Of a stretch of DNA of 64,000 nt, positions 24,999-34,569 are shown one piece after another (within the stretch, counting starts at the first letter, position 1; each line of letters begins with the position of its first letter). The notes below the pieces were generated by a model that was given only the letters and a program-made list of their open reading frames with translations, was not told where the DNA came from and did not search any database. This DNA is from Deltaproteobacteria bacterium (GTDB lineage Bacteria > Myxococcota_A > UBA9160 > UBA6930). A program made the translations under genes and the position numbers. Location: NCBI GenBank assembly GCA_029261795.1, contig JAJDAP010000034.1, forward strand, positions 9,858-73,857, given 5' to 3'.

Positions 24999-26246
24999 GT
25001 GAGGCTTCTTCTTTACACCGGGAAGGGCGGCGTCGGGAAAACCACCACGGCGGCTGCCACCGCGTGCTTTGCTGCCGAGTGCGGCCGCAGGACGCTGGTG
25101 GCCTCTGCCGATGCGGCTCACAGCCTGGGCGACGTCTTCGGGATCGGTCTCTCCAAGCGAGGAAGCGAAGCGGAGCCGCCCGGGTCCGAGACCTGCGACG
25201 CGCCACACCGGCTCGGTTCCGAGCCGACCACGCTGGCTCCGGGCCTCGATGCGGTCGAAATCGATCCGCGCGCCGAACTCGATCGGCATTGGGGAACGAT
25301 CCGGACCTACCTGGTGAGCCTGATGCGCCATCAGGGCATCGAGGAGGTCGTGGCGGACGAGTTGGCGTTGCTACCCGGTGCGGAAGAGATCACGACGTTG
25401 CTCGCCGTGCGAAGCCTGGCCGAGCGAGGGGACTACGACCTCGTCGTGGTCGACTGTGCGCCCACGGGCTCGGCCCTGCGCCTGCTCACGGCGCCCGACG
25501 TGATTCGCCGGGCATTGCGCTGGGCGCTCCGGCTCCAACGGGGAATGGCCGCGGTGGCGACGCCGCTGGCGCGCGGGCTGGTCGCCGTCCCCTTGCCCGG
25601 CCAGGAAGTCTTCCGCGATGCCGAGGAGCTGATTTACAGCCGGCTCGGTGAACTCCGCGCGTGGCTCACCGCCGAAGAAACACACATCCGCCTGGTCGCA
25701 ACGCCCGAGCGCCTGGCCACCGAGGAGGCGCTGCGTGCACACACGGACCTGGCGCTGTTCGAGTTGCCCTGCGACGCCGTGATCGTGAATCGGCTACTTC
25801 CCGCGAGCGCGGCCGGCGAGCCGTTCTTCCGGGAGTGGGCGCGAAGTCAGTCCGATCACCTGGAAGCCTTGCGGGCGGCGGTGGCACCGCTCCCGGTGCT
25901 CGAAGCGCCGCTGCGTGAAGACGAGGTCATCGGCTGCGAAGCACTGGCACGACACGGCCGCGAACTCTTTGGCGACGAGCCGCCCGACGCCGTGCTCTGC
26001 GAGTCGCCGGGCCTCCGCTTCGAAGCGACGGCTGCCGGAGTCTCGGTCCACATGCCGCTACCGCATGTGTCCGCCGCGGATCTCGACGTCGTGATGGTCG
26101 ATGGAGAAGTCCTGGTCCGTACGCCCGGGCGGCGCCGGGCGTTGCCATTGCCCCGCCATCTCGCTGCCTTCGATCTCGTTCGTGCCCGGCTGGCCGAAGG
26201 CACCCTGCGTCTGGATCTCGTCAACGCCCAGGAAAAGGGCCCGTGA
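24999..26246 (+). CDS. ArsA/Get3-family ATPase (copy 1) with C-terminal HSP20-like domain
   Basis: GKGGVGKTT deviant Walker A, SADAAHSLGD, LPGAEE, VVDCAPTG, NR; C-terminal beta-sandwich-like extension. Confidence 0.88.
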   Translation: MRLLLYTGKGGVGKTTTAAATACFAAECGRRTLVASADAAHSLGDVFGIGLSKRGSEAEPPGSETCDAPHRLGSEPTTLAPGLDAVEIDPRAELDRHWGTIRTYLVSLMRHQGIEEVVADELALLPGAEEITTLLAVRSLAERGDYDLVVVDCAPTGSALRLLTAPDVIRRALRWALRLQRGMAAVATPLARGLVAVPLPGQEVFRDAEELIYSRLGELRAWLTAEETHIRLVATPERLATEEALRAHTDLALFELPCDAVIVNRLLPASAAGEPFFREWARSQSDHLEALRAAVAPLPVLEAPLREDEVIGCEALARHGRELFGDEPPDAVLCESPGLRFEATAAGVSVHMPLPHVSAADLDVVMVDGEVLVRTPGRRRALPLPRHLAAFDLVRARLAEGTLRLDLVNAQEKGP

Positions 26247-27400
26247 GGGTCATCCTGATCACGGGCAAGGGAGGGGTCGGCAAGACCAGCCTCGCGGCGG
26301 CCACCGCCCTCGAGGCGGCGCGCCGCGGCCACCGCACGTTCCTGCTCTCGGCGGATCCCGCGCATAACCTCGGCGACGCCCTCGATCGTCGCGTCGGCGC
26401 CGGCACGGTTTCCCTCGCGCCCGGCCTTTGGGCGCGCGAGGTCGCGGTCCTCGACGAACTCGACCGAAGCTGGTCGGAGATCCACACCTTCCTGCGCGGC
26501 TTGCTTCGCGAGAGTGCCAATCCCTTGATCGCCGACGAGTTACTGACGTTCCCTGGCCTGGAAGAACTCGTCGCACTCCGAGCCATTCGCGAAGTCGAAG
26601 CGACGGGCGAATTCGATTGTTGTGTCGTCGATTGCGCACCGACGGGGGCGACGCTCCGCATGCTGCGTTTCCCGGATGCGCTGCGGCTGTTCATGGATCA
26701 CTTCTTCGAGATGAAGCGAAAGGGCGTCCGCGCGATCCGTCCGCTGCTGGAGCGGCTTCACGCCGATGGGATGGTCCCCGACGAATCGGTCTTCGATGCC
26801 GTCGAGCGCCTCGTCGCCGATGTCGACGCCGTGCGACGCATCCTGATCGATGGCACGCGCACCAGCGCGCGGCTGGTCGTGAACCCGGCCCGGCTCGTGG
26901 TGGCAGAAACGCGCCGCACCTTCGCCTATCTCTCGCTCTACGGCATCGCGACCGATGCCGTGCTGGTGAATCGCGTGTTGCCCGAGGCGGCCAGCCACGG
27001 TTTCTTCGCGCGCTGGGCAGAGCGCGAACGCGAAGAGCTCGAGGCGATCGAGGCCTCGTTTCCGTTGCCGCGTCTCGCGGTACCGCTCCATGAGCACGAA
27101 CTCCGAGGCCAGGCCGATCTCGCTTCCCTCGGCGAGCGTGTCTACGCTGGCCGCGATCCCGCCGAGCTCTTCACGAGGTCTCGTCCGATCCGGCTCGAGA
27201 AACAGGCGGGGCGTACGCGGCTCGAGATCGATCTTCCCGGCGCGTCGAAGGAAGAGCTCGAACTGGTCGAGCTTGGCCATGAGATCGTGGTTCGCGTGCG
27301 CGACATGAGTCGGATCGTCGCCCTGCCGGAATCGGTCGCAGGGCGGCGGGTCGAACGGGCGCGGTTGGAAGCCGGCGTCCTCGTCATCGAGTTCGCCTGA
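26243..27400 (+). CDS. ArsA/Get3-family ATPase (copy 2) with C-terminal HSP20-like domain
   Basis: GKGGVGKTS, SADPAHNLGD, FPGLEE, VVDCAPTG, VNRVLP; IDLPG..K..L...R...LP...A.L..GVL.IEF. Confidence 0.9.
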   Translation: MRVILITGKGGVGKTSLAAATALEAARRGHRTFLLSADPAHNLGDALDRRVGAGTVSLAPGLWAREVAVLDELDRSWSEIHTFLRGLLRESANPLIADELLTFPGLEELVALRAIREVEATGEFDCCVVDCAPTGATLRMLRFPDALRLFMDHFFEMKRKGVRAIRPLLERLHADGMVPDESVFDAVERLVADVDAVRRILIDGTRTSARLVVNPARLVVAETRRTFAYLSLYGIATDAVLVNRVLPEAASHGFFARWAEREREELEAIEASFPLPRLAVPLHEHELRGQADLASLGERVYAGRDPAELFTRSRPIRLEKQAGRTRLEIDLPGASKEELELVELGHEIVVRVRDMSRIVALPESVAGRRVERARLEAGVLVIEFA

Positions 27401-27403
27401 TCG

Positions 27404-28249
27404 ATGGCCGAAGCGCGCCAGAGATTCCATCGGGATCGCCCGACCGCGCCGCCGGCACGGATCATCTCGCTGGTCCCGAGCCTGACCGAAGCGCTCTTTG
27501 CCCTGGGCCTGGGTGACAGGGTGGTCGGGGTCACGGAATGGTGCGTGCACCCGGCCGAGGGTGTTCGCGACGTGGCCAAGGTGGGTGGAACCAAGACCCC
27601 GGACCGGGCCGCGATCGAGGCTCTGGCGCCCGAGCTCGTCATCGCCAACCACGAGGAGAATCGGCGCCGGGATGTCGAATGGCTCGAAGGCCGCGGCCTG
27701 CGGGTCTGGGTCACCGATCCGCGCACGGCCGCGGATGGCGTTGCGTTGCTGGCAGAGCTGGCCCAACTCGGCGCCGACCCCCAGCGTGCGAGCGCCGTCT
27801 GCGCGCCGGTCCAACAAGCCTTGCGCGAGGCGCAGGCGGCGCGCCCGAAAACCACGGCCCGGACCTTCTGCCCGATCTGGAAGGGACCCTGGATGACAGT
27901 GGGGGGAGACACCTACGCTCACGATCTGCTGGTGCTGTGCGGCGCCCGGAACGTCTTTGGCGAAGCTTCCGATCGCCGCTATCCGATCGTGAGCGAAGAC
28001 GAGATCGTGGCCGCCCAGCCCGAGGTCGTGCTGCTGCCGGACGAGCCCTACGCGTTCGGTCCCCGGGACGCCCAGGCCTTGGGCGGGCTTCCGATCCCGG
28101 CGGCCGAGAGTGGTCGCATTCACCTGATCGACGGTACCCTGGTCTCGTGGTACGGTCCCCGAATCGGCCTAGCAATCGAGGAGTTGCGGTCGCTCTTGCG
28201 AGTGGATCGCGAGCGCGACGAGTCTCGAGAGGACACGGCCGGGGGGTGA
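27404..28249 (+). CDS. Helical-backbone metal receptor (BtuF/cobalamin-binding-like), no clear signal peptide
   Basis: RIISLVPSLTEALFALG, VVGVTEWC.HP, KVGGTK, ANHEEN, PDEPY.F, IDG.L.SWYGPR. Confidence 0.82.
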   Translation: MAEARQRFHRDRPTAPPARIISLVPSLTEALFALGLGDRVVGVTEWCVHPAEGVRDVAKVGGTKTPDRAAIEALAPELVIANHEENRRRDVEWLEGRGLRVWVTDPRTAADGVALLAELAQLGADPQRASAVCAPVQQALREAQAARPKTTARTFCPIWKGPWMTVGGDTYAHDLLVLCGARNVFGEASDRRYPIVSEDEIVAAQPEVVLLPDEPYAFGPRDAQALGGLPIPAAESGRIHLIDGTLVSWYGPRIGLAIEELRSLLRVDRERDESREDTAGG

Positions 28250-28253
28250 GGCG

Positions 28254-29552
28254 TTGCAGGGCAGGAAGGCCATCGGGGCTTCCCTCGTCGCACAGGCGGC
28301 AGGGAGGACGGCCCGACGAGTAGCGGCGTGGTTCGCCGCGTGTGTACTGATCGTGGGGGTTTCGGCCAACGCCGAGACCTTGACGAAGGTTCGCATCGGC
28401 AACCATCCGGACAAGACACGCGTGGTGTTCGAGACCGACGGTCCCTCGGCTCACCGCATCGTATCGAGCGGTCCCAGTGAGATCGTGATCCGCCTCGACG
28501 CAGACGCGGTTCCGGAGGCCATCGCCGGCAACGGGAAGCCCTTGCTCTGGGTGCGCATCGAGCCCCGCATCGACGGCACCGACGTGCGACTCCAACTCGC
28601 GCGCTCCGTCGATACCAAGGAGATGGTCCTTCAAGGGCCGGACCGAATCGTCTTCGATCTGATTACCGGCGCGCCAGCGGTCGCTGCCGTCGTTCCGGCA
28701 CCGACCCCAGCGCCGGCGCCGATCGAGCCGGAGCCCGAGGTGACTGCCGAGCCGGTCTTCGAGCCGGAGCCGCTTGTCGAACTCGCCGAAGCCGAGGTGG
28801 CGATCGAACCCGTGCAAAGCGCGGACGAAGCCTTCGAGGAGCCCGCGCTCGACGAGCCCGCCGCCATCAGCCCGACGCCGACACCGGTCGAGGCGACGGA
28901 TCGCGCCGGCACGAAGCCCGCAGCTTCGGCGCCGCCGGCGCGTTCCCGTGGACCACTCGCCATTCTCAGCAACCCCATGGTGATGGGCGCTGCCGGCGTC
29001 GTGGTGTTGTTGATCGTGTTCTGGGCGGCTCGTCGTCGTTCCCGTTCCAGCTCCGACGAAGCCGACGAAGCCGACGAAGCGGACGAACGGGAAGCGGGTT
29101 CGGACATGACGGATCCGGCCGACGAGACCACCGGTTCGATCGGCGCCGCATTCGCCCAATCCGAAGCGCCCGAGGCAGCGGAGGCAGGTTCCGACGGTTC
29201 GGTCTTCGATGTCAACGAAGCCGAAGTGGCGAGCGCGGACGATCCCAACGACGATCTGCCCGGCATCCCGGGCACCCCGATGGCGTCGGTGCCCGTCGCT
29301 GCCGCTGCACCCCTTGATACCAGTGAGCTTGGAGACGAAATGGCTGCCATCGTGAAGGAGCTAGAGCGCCGCATGGTCCACCTCGAAACGCGACTCGAGG
29401 AAGTGGTGGACGCCAAGGAGCGGCTCGAGCGCCAGGTCTCGGCTCAGACCGAGGAACTCCGCGTGCAGCGTGCGGCCATTGCACGGACGCAACGCGTACT
29501 GCGCGGCATCTCCCGCCCCGAGGACGAAGCCAGCGAGCCGGTTCCCAAATAG
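28254..29552 (+). CDS. AMIN-domain membrane protein with Pro/Glu linker and C-terminal coiled coil
   Basis: VRIGNHPDKTRVVFE...PDRIVFDL AMIN-like domain; one TM; acidic low-complexity region; heptad repeats at the C-terminus. Confidence 0.7.
   Translation: MQGRKAIGASLVAQAAGRTARRVAAWFAACVLIVGVSANAETLTKVRIGNHPDKTRVVFETDGPSAHRIVSSGPSEIVIRLDADAVPEAIAGNGKPLLWVRIEPRIDGTDVRLQLARSVDTKEMVLQGPDRIVFDLITGAPAVAAVVPAPTPAPAPIEPEPEVTAEPVFEPEPLVELAEAEVAIEPVQSADEAFEEPALDEPAAISPTPTPVEATDRAGTKPAASAPPARSRGPLAILSNPMVMGAAGVVVLLIVFWAARRRSRSSSDEADEADEADEREAGSDMTDPADETTGSIGAAFAQSEAPEAAEAGSDGSVFDVNEAEVASADDPNDDLPGIPGTPMASVPVAAAAPLDTSELGDEMAAIVKELERRMVHLETRLEEVVDAKERLERQVSAQTEELRVQRAAIARTQRVLRGISRPEDEASEPVPK
29055..29087 (+). 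repeat. In-frame 9-bp tandem repeat GACGAAGCC (about 3.7 copies) encoding DEADEADEADE
   Basis: Seen directly. Confidence 0.8.
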
Positions 29553-29597
29553 CCAGCCGGCAAGCCAGCGCGCGAGCCAGCGTCCGGATCAGCCAGC
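29528..29597. repeat. Five AGCCAGC heptamers at a convergent gene junction
   Basis: Copies at 29528, 29551, 29563, 29575, 29591; the central three have an exact 12-nt period. Confidence 0.65.
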
Positions 29598-30431
29598 CGA
29601 CGGCGGCCCTGCCTTCCGCACGGCCAGCAGCGCGCCCTCAGCCCCGGCGTACTCGCCCTCCGGGAGCGAGATCGGGTTGAAACCCCTCACCTGGGCCATC
29701 CGCTCGATGCTTTCCCAACAAGCAGGGTTGTCGCGCAAGGTCCCCCCGCCAAAGACGATGTCGTGGATCCCTCGCCCCCCGGCGATCGCGGCACACAAGA
29801 TCGAGATGTTCTCGCCCACCAACACCGTGAGCGCCTGGGCGAGATCCTCGGGTCGCTGCGGAAGTGCTTCGATGACCTGGTTGCCCCCGAAGTTCGAGGC
29901 GGTGAAGCCGCGCGGGATGTCCGGATAGAGGTCGGCGATCTCGAGGTCGATTCCGAAGCGATTTCCGCGCGACGCAAGGCTGCTGATTTCGTCGTGGTCC
30001 GAGGTCCCGAGCAGGAGCTGTCCGAGGCCGCGCAGGGTGCCGCCGCCGAGCGCGCAACCGCCGGCGCGTTCCGCGGGACCCTCGGTGACCGCAATGGCAG
30101 AGGTTCCCGTGCCGACGGAAACGACCAGGTAGGGTCGCTCGATCCGGAATTCGGCCATCTCCAGCAGCAGCGCGGCACCGTTTGCCCAGGCCTGGAACTC
30201 CTCGAGGAACCGGGTCGGAAATTCGGGCTGCAGCCGCTTCGCCCAGGCCGCTCCGCCGGCCCCGGTGGTGCCGATTCCGGTGGGCGCGAGGGCTCGGATC
30301 CAGGCGATCAACGCGGCCTCTTGATCGACCGAGAGCCGGCGCAGCTCCCGGCCCGAAGGCAAATCGGCGCCGCGAACCACGATCTTGGTACCGCTCGCGC
30401 CGGCGTCGATCCCGACCCAGGGTCCGCTCAT
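29589..30431 (-). CDS. coaW: Type II (Fumble/CoaW-like) pantothenate kinase
   Basis: GIDAGASGTK (phosphate 1), EFQAWANG, LVVSVGTGTS, GGCALGGGTL.GL, DL.IADLY, ASNFG, GGG.L, YAGAEGA. Confidence 0.8.
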   Translation of the reverse strand: MSGPWVGIDAGASGTKIVVRGADLPSGRELRRLSVDQEAALIAWIRALAPTGIGTTGAGGAAWAKRLQPEFPTRFLEEFQAWANGAALLLEMAEFRIERPYLVVSVGTGTSAIAVTEGPAERAGGCALGGGTLRGLGQLLLGTSDHDEISSLASRGNRFGIDLEIADLYPDIPRGFTASNFGGNQVIEALPQRPEDLAQALTVLVGENISILCAAIAGGRGIHDIVFGGGTLRDNPACWESIERMAQVRGFNPISLPEGEYAGAEGALLAVRKAGPPSAG

Positions 30432-30543
30432 TCCGCTCTCCGTTCGGTCACGCCCGTCACTCGGTGCGCGCTGTCACTTTGATACCCTTCCGGGCAACCG
30501 CTCGGGCTCCCTCGCTTTCGAGGGCCGTCGGGCTACGGCGATC

Positions 30544-32280
30544 ATGTATACCCAGTTCTTCGGGCTTCGCGAAAAGCCCTTCTCCTTGAGCCCCGATCCC
30601 CGGTACCTGTACCTCTCGGATTCCCACCGCGAGGCGCTGGCCCACCTGCTCTATGGCATCGAGCAGGGCGAGGGCTTCATCGCCATCACCGGCGAGGTCG
30701 GCACGGGCAAGACCACGCTATGCCGGACGCTACTCGAGCGGATCGAACCCGGCACCGAGGTCGCGTTCATCTTCAATCCCCAGCTCAGCGGCTTCGAGTT
30801 GCTGCAGTCCATCGCCGCCGAACTCGGCCTCGAGACCGAGGACCGCAACCGGCGCGAGATCAACGAAGCGCTGAATCGTTTCCTGCTGGCGAAGCGTCGC
30901 GAAGGGCGCCGGGTCCTGCTGATCATCGACGAGGCCCAGGTTCTGGAGCGCGAGGCGCTCGAGCAGGTTCGGCTGCTGTCGAATCTCGAGACCAGTACAT
31001 CGAAGCTGATCCAGATCATCCTGATCGGCCAGCCCGAGCTCGATACCGTGCTCGAGGCGCCGGACCTGCGTCAGCTTCGCCAACGCATCACCGTGCGCTG
31101 GCGGCTCCAGCCACTGACGCCGGCGGAATCGCGCGAGTACGTGCGTCACCGCATCCGGATCGCCGCCGGCGAACCCCGCGAGCTCTTTACCGAGGGAGCG
31201 CTGAGAGAGATCCATCGGCACTCCCACGGTGTCCCGCGCCTGATCAACTTGTTATGCGATCGCTCCCTGCTGGCCGGTTTCGGCGCGACGGCGCACCAGG
31301 TCGGCCTCGGGCTCGTTACCCAGGTGGAGCGCGAGCTCCGGGTGGGCGGCTCCCACGATTCCCTGACAGACGACGCCTATCATCGAAAGTCTGCCTGGAA
31401 GCGCGTCTCGGACTGGCTCGGCAAGGGGACCTGGCTCGCCCCGGCGGCCACCGTGGCCGCGGTCCTGCTGGCGGTGATCTTGATTCTCGCCTCGGTGGCA
31501 CCCGATGTCCTGGGGCTCGAATCGCCGACACTCGATCCCGAAGTGGGGGCTCCGCCGCAGGTCGCTGCCGACGCCGAGGCAACACCGCCGGCCGCGCTCG
31601 CGCCGGTCGAGTCTCCCCCGCCGACCCGGAGCCCCGCCGTCCAACCAGACCTGCGCACGGCGCTCTCGAGGGTTTCACCGGCGGCCGCCACGGCGCGCTC
31701 GCTGGATGGCGTGCTCTCCGCCTGGGGCGTCCAGCCGCTCGGTGCAGAATTGCTGTCGACCCGTGAGGCCGAGTCCACCCTCGCGGCCGAGGGTTTTTCG
31801 GTCCTCGAGGTGAAGGGCTTGTCGCTTGCTGAACTCGCATCGATCGACCGGCCGGCGTTGCTGATGCTTCGCGGCCTCGACGAGGCATCGCGGCTGGTGT
31901 TGCTGACGCGGATCGAGGGCGTGACGGCCCACCTGCTCGGGCTCGAGGGTGTCTCCGAGGTCCCAGTCGACGAGTTGCTGGGCCAATGGGACGGCGCAGC
32001 GAAGATTCCGTGGCGAGACTTCGCGTCATTGCCCGAAACACTCCGGTTGGGGATGAGCGGCGATTCGGTCCAGTGGCTCCAGCGCGCGCTCGAAGATGTC
32101 GGCGTCTACGCCGGTGAGTTCAGCGGCAACTTCGACGCCGAGACCGAAGCCTCCGTCCGCACGTTCCAGGCCAGGGTGGGGCTCCACGATGACGGACACG
32201 TGGGCCCCCTCACCAAGATTCGCCTCTACGAGATTCTCGAGCGCTACGGCGACGAGCCTCGGCTTCGGTCCGGCTCATGA
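30544..32280 (+). CDS. exeA: ExeA/GspA AAA ATPase with C-terminal peptidoglycan-binding domain
   Basis: MY.QFFGL.EKPFSL.PDPRYLY, GEVGTGKTT, IIDEAQ, LRQLRQRI, G.PRLIN.LCDR; V..FQ...GL..DG.VGP.T PG-binding motif. Confidence 0.92.
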   Translation: MYTQFFGLREKPFSLSPDPRYLYLSDSHREALAHLLYGIEQGEGFIAITGEVGTGKTTLCRTLLERIEPGTEVAFIFNPQLSGFELLQSIAAELGLETEDRNRREINEALNRFLLAKRREGRRVLLIIDEAQVLEREALEQVRLLSNLETSTSKLIQIILIGQPELDTVLEAPDLRQLRQRITVRWRLQPLTPAESREYVRHRIRIAAGEPRELFTEGALREIHRHSHGVPRLINLLCDRSLLAGFGATAHQVGLGLVTQVERELRVGGSHDSLTDDAYHRKSAWKRVSDWLGKGTWLAPAATVAAVLLAVILILASVAPDVLGLESPTLDPEVGAPPQVAADAEATPPAALAPVESPPPTRSPAVQPDLRTALSRVSPAAATARSLDGVLSAWGVQPLGAELLSTREAESTLAAEGFSVLEVKGLSLAELASIDRPALLMLRGLDEASRLVLLTRIEGVTAHLLGLEGVSEVPVDELLGQWDGAAKIPWRDFASLPETLRLGMSGDSVQWLQRALEDVGVYAGEFSGNFDAETEASVRTFQARVGLHDDGHVGPLTKIRLYEILERYGDEPRLRSGS

Positions 32281-33095
32281 GCACGATCCTCAGAGCGCTG
32301 CGCCGCGTCGAGAACGCGCATGACGGAGAACATTCGAAGTCGGCCCTGCGGGCGAAGCCGGCCCTCGAGGGGGACTGGCTAGGAGAAGGGACCGCTGAGC
32401 CGCCGCCGGAGCCGAGTGGCAGGGGCGCGCAGTCGCCCCGCTCGGTGTTGGCGGTGTGGCCCTGGATGCTCGCCGGCTTCGCCGGGCTCGGGCTGATCGG
32501 AAGCGGTGTGTGGTTGTGGATCGAGCGGGCCGCCGAACCGATGCCCGTGGCCCAGGAACCTGTCGTGGTCGCGACAGCGCCGGTACTTCCCCGAGAAGCT
32601 GTTCCCGCAGCACGCGCACCGCTGCCGGAACCGGATCCGCCCGCGCCGGACATGACCCTGGTTCAGCAGCGTCTGCGCGAGGCTGCGGAGGCTCGACGCG
32701 CTGAAGCGGCGCCGGCAGTTGCCCCGATCACGCGGGAATCTCCGCCTCCTGTGCCGCCTACGCCCGCGGCGGCCGCGCCGGAGCCGGAGCCAGTGCTGGC
32801 GCACGTCGCACCCGAACCCGCGCCGCCGCGTTCGAAACCGGCCCCCAGGCCGCCCGACGCAAGGACGCCTGCCCCGCTCGTAGAGGTCATCCCGGCTCCT
32901 CCCGAGATCCGCGTGGAGCGCACCCGTTGGCACCCGACCGCGCAGAAGCGCACCGCGCGGGTCTGGGTCGCAGGTGTGGTTCACGACGTGCGCGAAACAG
33001 ACCAGATCGACGGGCTGCGGGTCAGCGAGATCCGGCCGTCCACGGTCGTGTTCATCCACCAGGGTATTCGAATCGAGCGAAAGCCCGGAAGTTAG
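32277..33095 (+). CDS. exeB: ExeB/GspB-like protein
   Basis: MSTILRALRRVE start, single TM, Pro-rich linker, C-terminal domain ending ..V.EI.P..VVF; coupled to exeA. Confidence 0.8.
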   Translation: MSTILRALRRVENAHDGEHSKSALRAKPALEGDWLGEGTAEPPPEPSGRGAQSPRSVLAVWPWMLAGFAGLGLIGSGVWLWIERAAEPMPVAQEPVVVATAPVLPREAVPAARAPLPEPDPPAPDMTLVQQRLREAAEARRAEAAPAVAPITRESPPPVPPTPAAAAPEPEPVLAHVAPEPAPPRSKPAPRPPDARTPAPLVEVIPAPPEIRVERTRWHPTAQKRTARVWVAGVVHDVRETDQIDGLRVSEIRPSTVVFIHQGIRIERKPGS

Positions 33096-33101
33096 GCGGC
33101 G

Positions 33102-34547
33102 CTAGCGCTTGCCGTCGGACGGACCGGAGTCCGATGGCTGGGTGATCCGCGCGAGGACGGCGGTCGTCACCCGCACAGCGCGCTCGAGTTCGACCAGCGG
33201 GATGCGCTCGTCGAGTCCGTGCATGGTGCCACCCAACTCCGCGTCGACCTGCACCGGGAGGAAGCCGTAGGCGGGAACACCGCGCGCTCGAAAGAACAGC
33301 GAGTCCGTCGCGCCGTTGGCCTGGACGGGAACCGTCACGCCGCCGGGCAGGGATCGTTCCATCTCGGCCTCGATGGCTGCGAAGATCTCGTGCTCCGCAG
33401 GCGACGCCGGAATGACTGGCGGTAACCCTCGCTCGGGTAGCACGATCTCGACTTCGGGGTCATCGATCACCGTCTCGAGCATCCGAATGAACGCGGCGGC
33501 ATCGGTATCGGGGAGCAAGCGGATATCGAGGCGGGCTTCCGCGCGCCTCGGAATGACGTTGTGTTTCAGCCCGCTCTTCAGGACCGTGATCGAGATCGTG
33601 TCGCGCACCATGGCGTTGAGCGTCCGAGACGCTGTCAGGCGATCGCCCGCCAGTAGCTGCACCAGCGGATTCCCGGCGTTGCGCGCCACGAACGCGGCGA
33701 GAGGAGGCAGCGTCTCGGCCAGGCGTTGCATCGCGAGGCCCACGCCGGGCGTGATCCGGATCGGCGTCTCCCATTCGGAGATACGAGCCAGCGCGCGGAT
33801 CAATCGATCATTCGCGCTGTCCGCGACCGGTGTCGAACCGTGCCCGCCTTCGCCGTGCGTCACGAGTGTGAGCCAGAGCGAGCGCTTCTCACCGGTGGCG
33901 ATGCTGTGGACGATGCGGCCGGCGGCCTCGGGTAGCGAGGTCGAGGCCCCGCCTTCGTTCCAGACCGCGACGGGTGGCCCCAGCAGATCCCAGTGGTTCT
34001 CGATCAGCCAGATCGCGCCGGCGCCGTCGACTTCTTCGCCCGCCGTCGCCGCGAACACCAGATCGCGTCCCCGAGGCCGGCCGCTTTCGTGGAGCAACGC
34101 GAGCGCCTCGACGAAGACGACACCGTGGCCCTTGTCGTCGAGGGCGCCGCGACCGAAGACGTGGCCGTCGCGAATCGCGCCGGAGAACGGCGGGAAGGCC
34201 CAGGCCTCCGGATCGGCGGGCACCACATCGAGATGCGAGAGCAGCAGGATCGGCCCGCGACCGTCCGGATGCGTGGCCGGGAGCCGGGCGACGACATTGC
34301 CACGCCCCGGAGCACCTTCCAGCACCTGGTTCTCGATGCCTCGCCCGGTCAGTGCGTCCGCGAGCAATCGCGCGGCAGGTGTCTCTCCGCCGGGTGGATT
34401 GACCGACTCGATACGGATCATTCCCGACAGCAGTTGGGCTGCCCGATCGCGCGCCGCTTGCCAGTCTTCGCCTCTCGCCGGGGCGCCCGCCGCGAGACAG
34501 AACGTCAGGCCCAGCAAGGCCCCGTTTCGCAGCCAGCAAAGTCTCAT
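33102..34547 (-). CDS. M20/M25/M40-family metallopeptidase, exported
   Basis: SHLDVVPA, GRGALDDKG, GEE, NEGG, HGG.ST, GATDS, MHG.DERI; signal peptide. Confidence 0.9.
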   Translation of the reverse strand: MRLCWLRNGALLGLTFCLAAGAPARGEDWQAARDRAAQLLSGMIRIESVNPPGGETPAARLLADALTGRGIENQVLEGAPGRGNVVARLPATHPDGRGPILLLSHLDVVPADPEAWAFPPFSGAIRDGHVFGRGALDDKGHGVVFVEALALLHESGRPRGRDLVFAATAGEEVDGAGAIWLIENHWDLLGPPVAVWNEGGASTSLPEAAGRIVHSIATGEKRSLWLTLVTHGEGGHGSTPVADSANDRLIRALARISEWETPIRITPGVGLAMQRLAETLPPLAAFVARNAGNPLVQLLAGDRLTASRTLNAMVRDTISITVLKSGLKHNVIPRRAEARLDIRLLPDTDAAAFIRMLETVIDDPEVEIVLPERGLPPVIPASPAEHEIFAAIEAEMERSLPGGVTVPVQANGATDSLFFRARGVPAYGFLPVQVDAELGGTMHGLDERIPLVELERAVRVTTAVLARITQPSDSGPSDGKR

Positions 34548-34569
34548 GCGCGCAGGCTATCGCACCCGT

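Noticed and set aside
24999-27400. Arsenite-efflux ArsA function
   Set aside because: No arsB/acr3/arsD/arsR nearby, the genes are single-domain with an HSP20-like tail, and there is no evident metalloid-binding Cys cluster.
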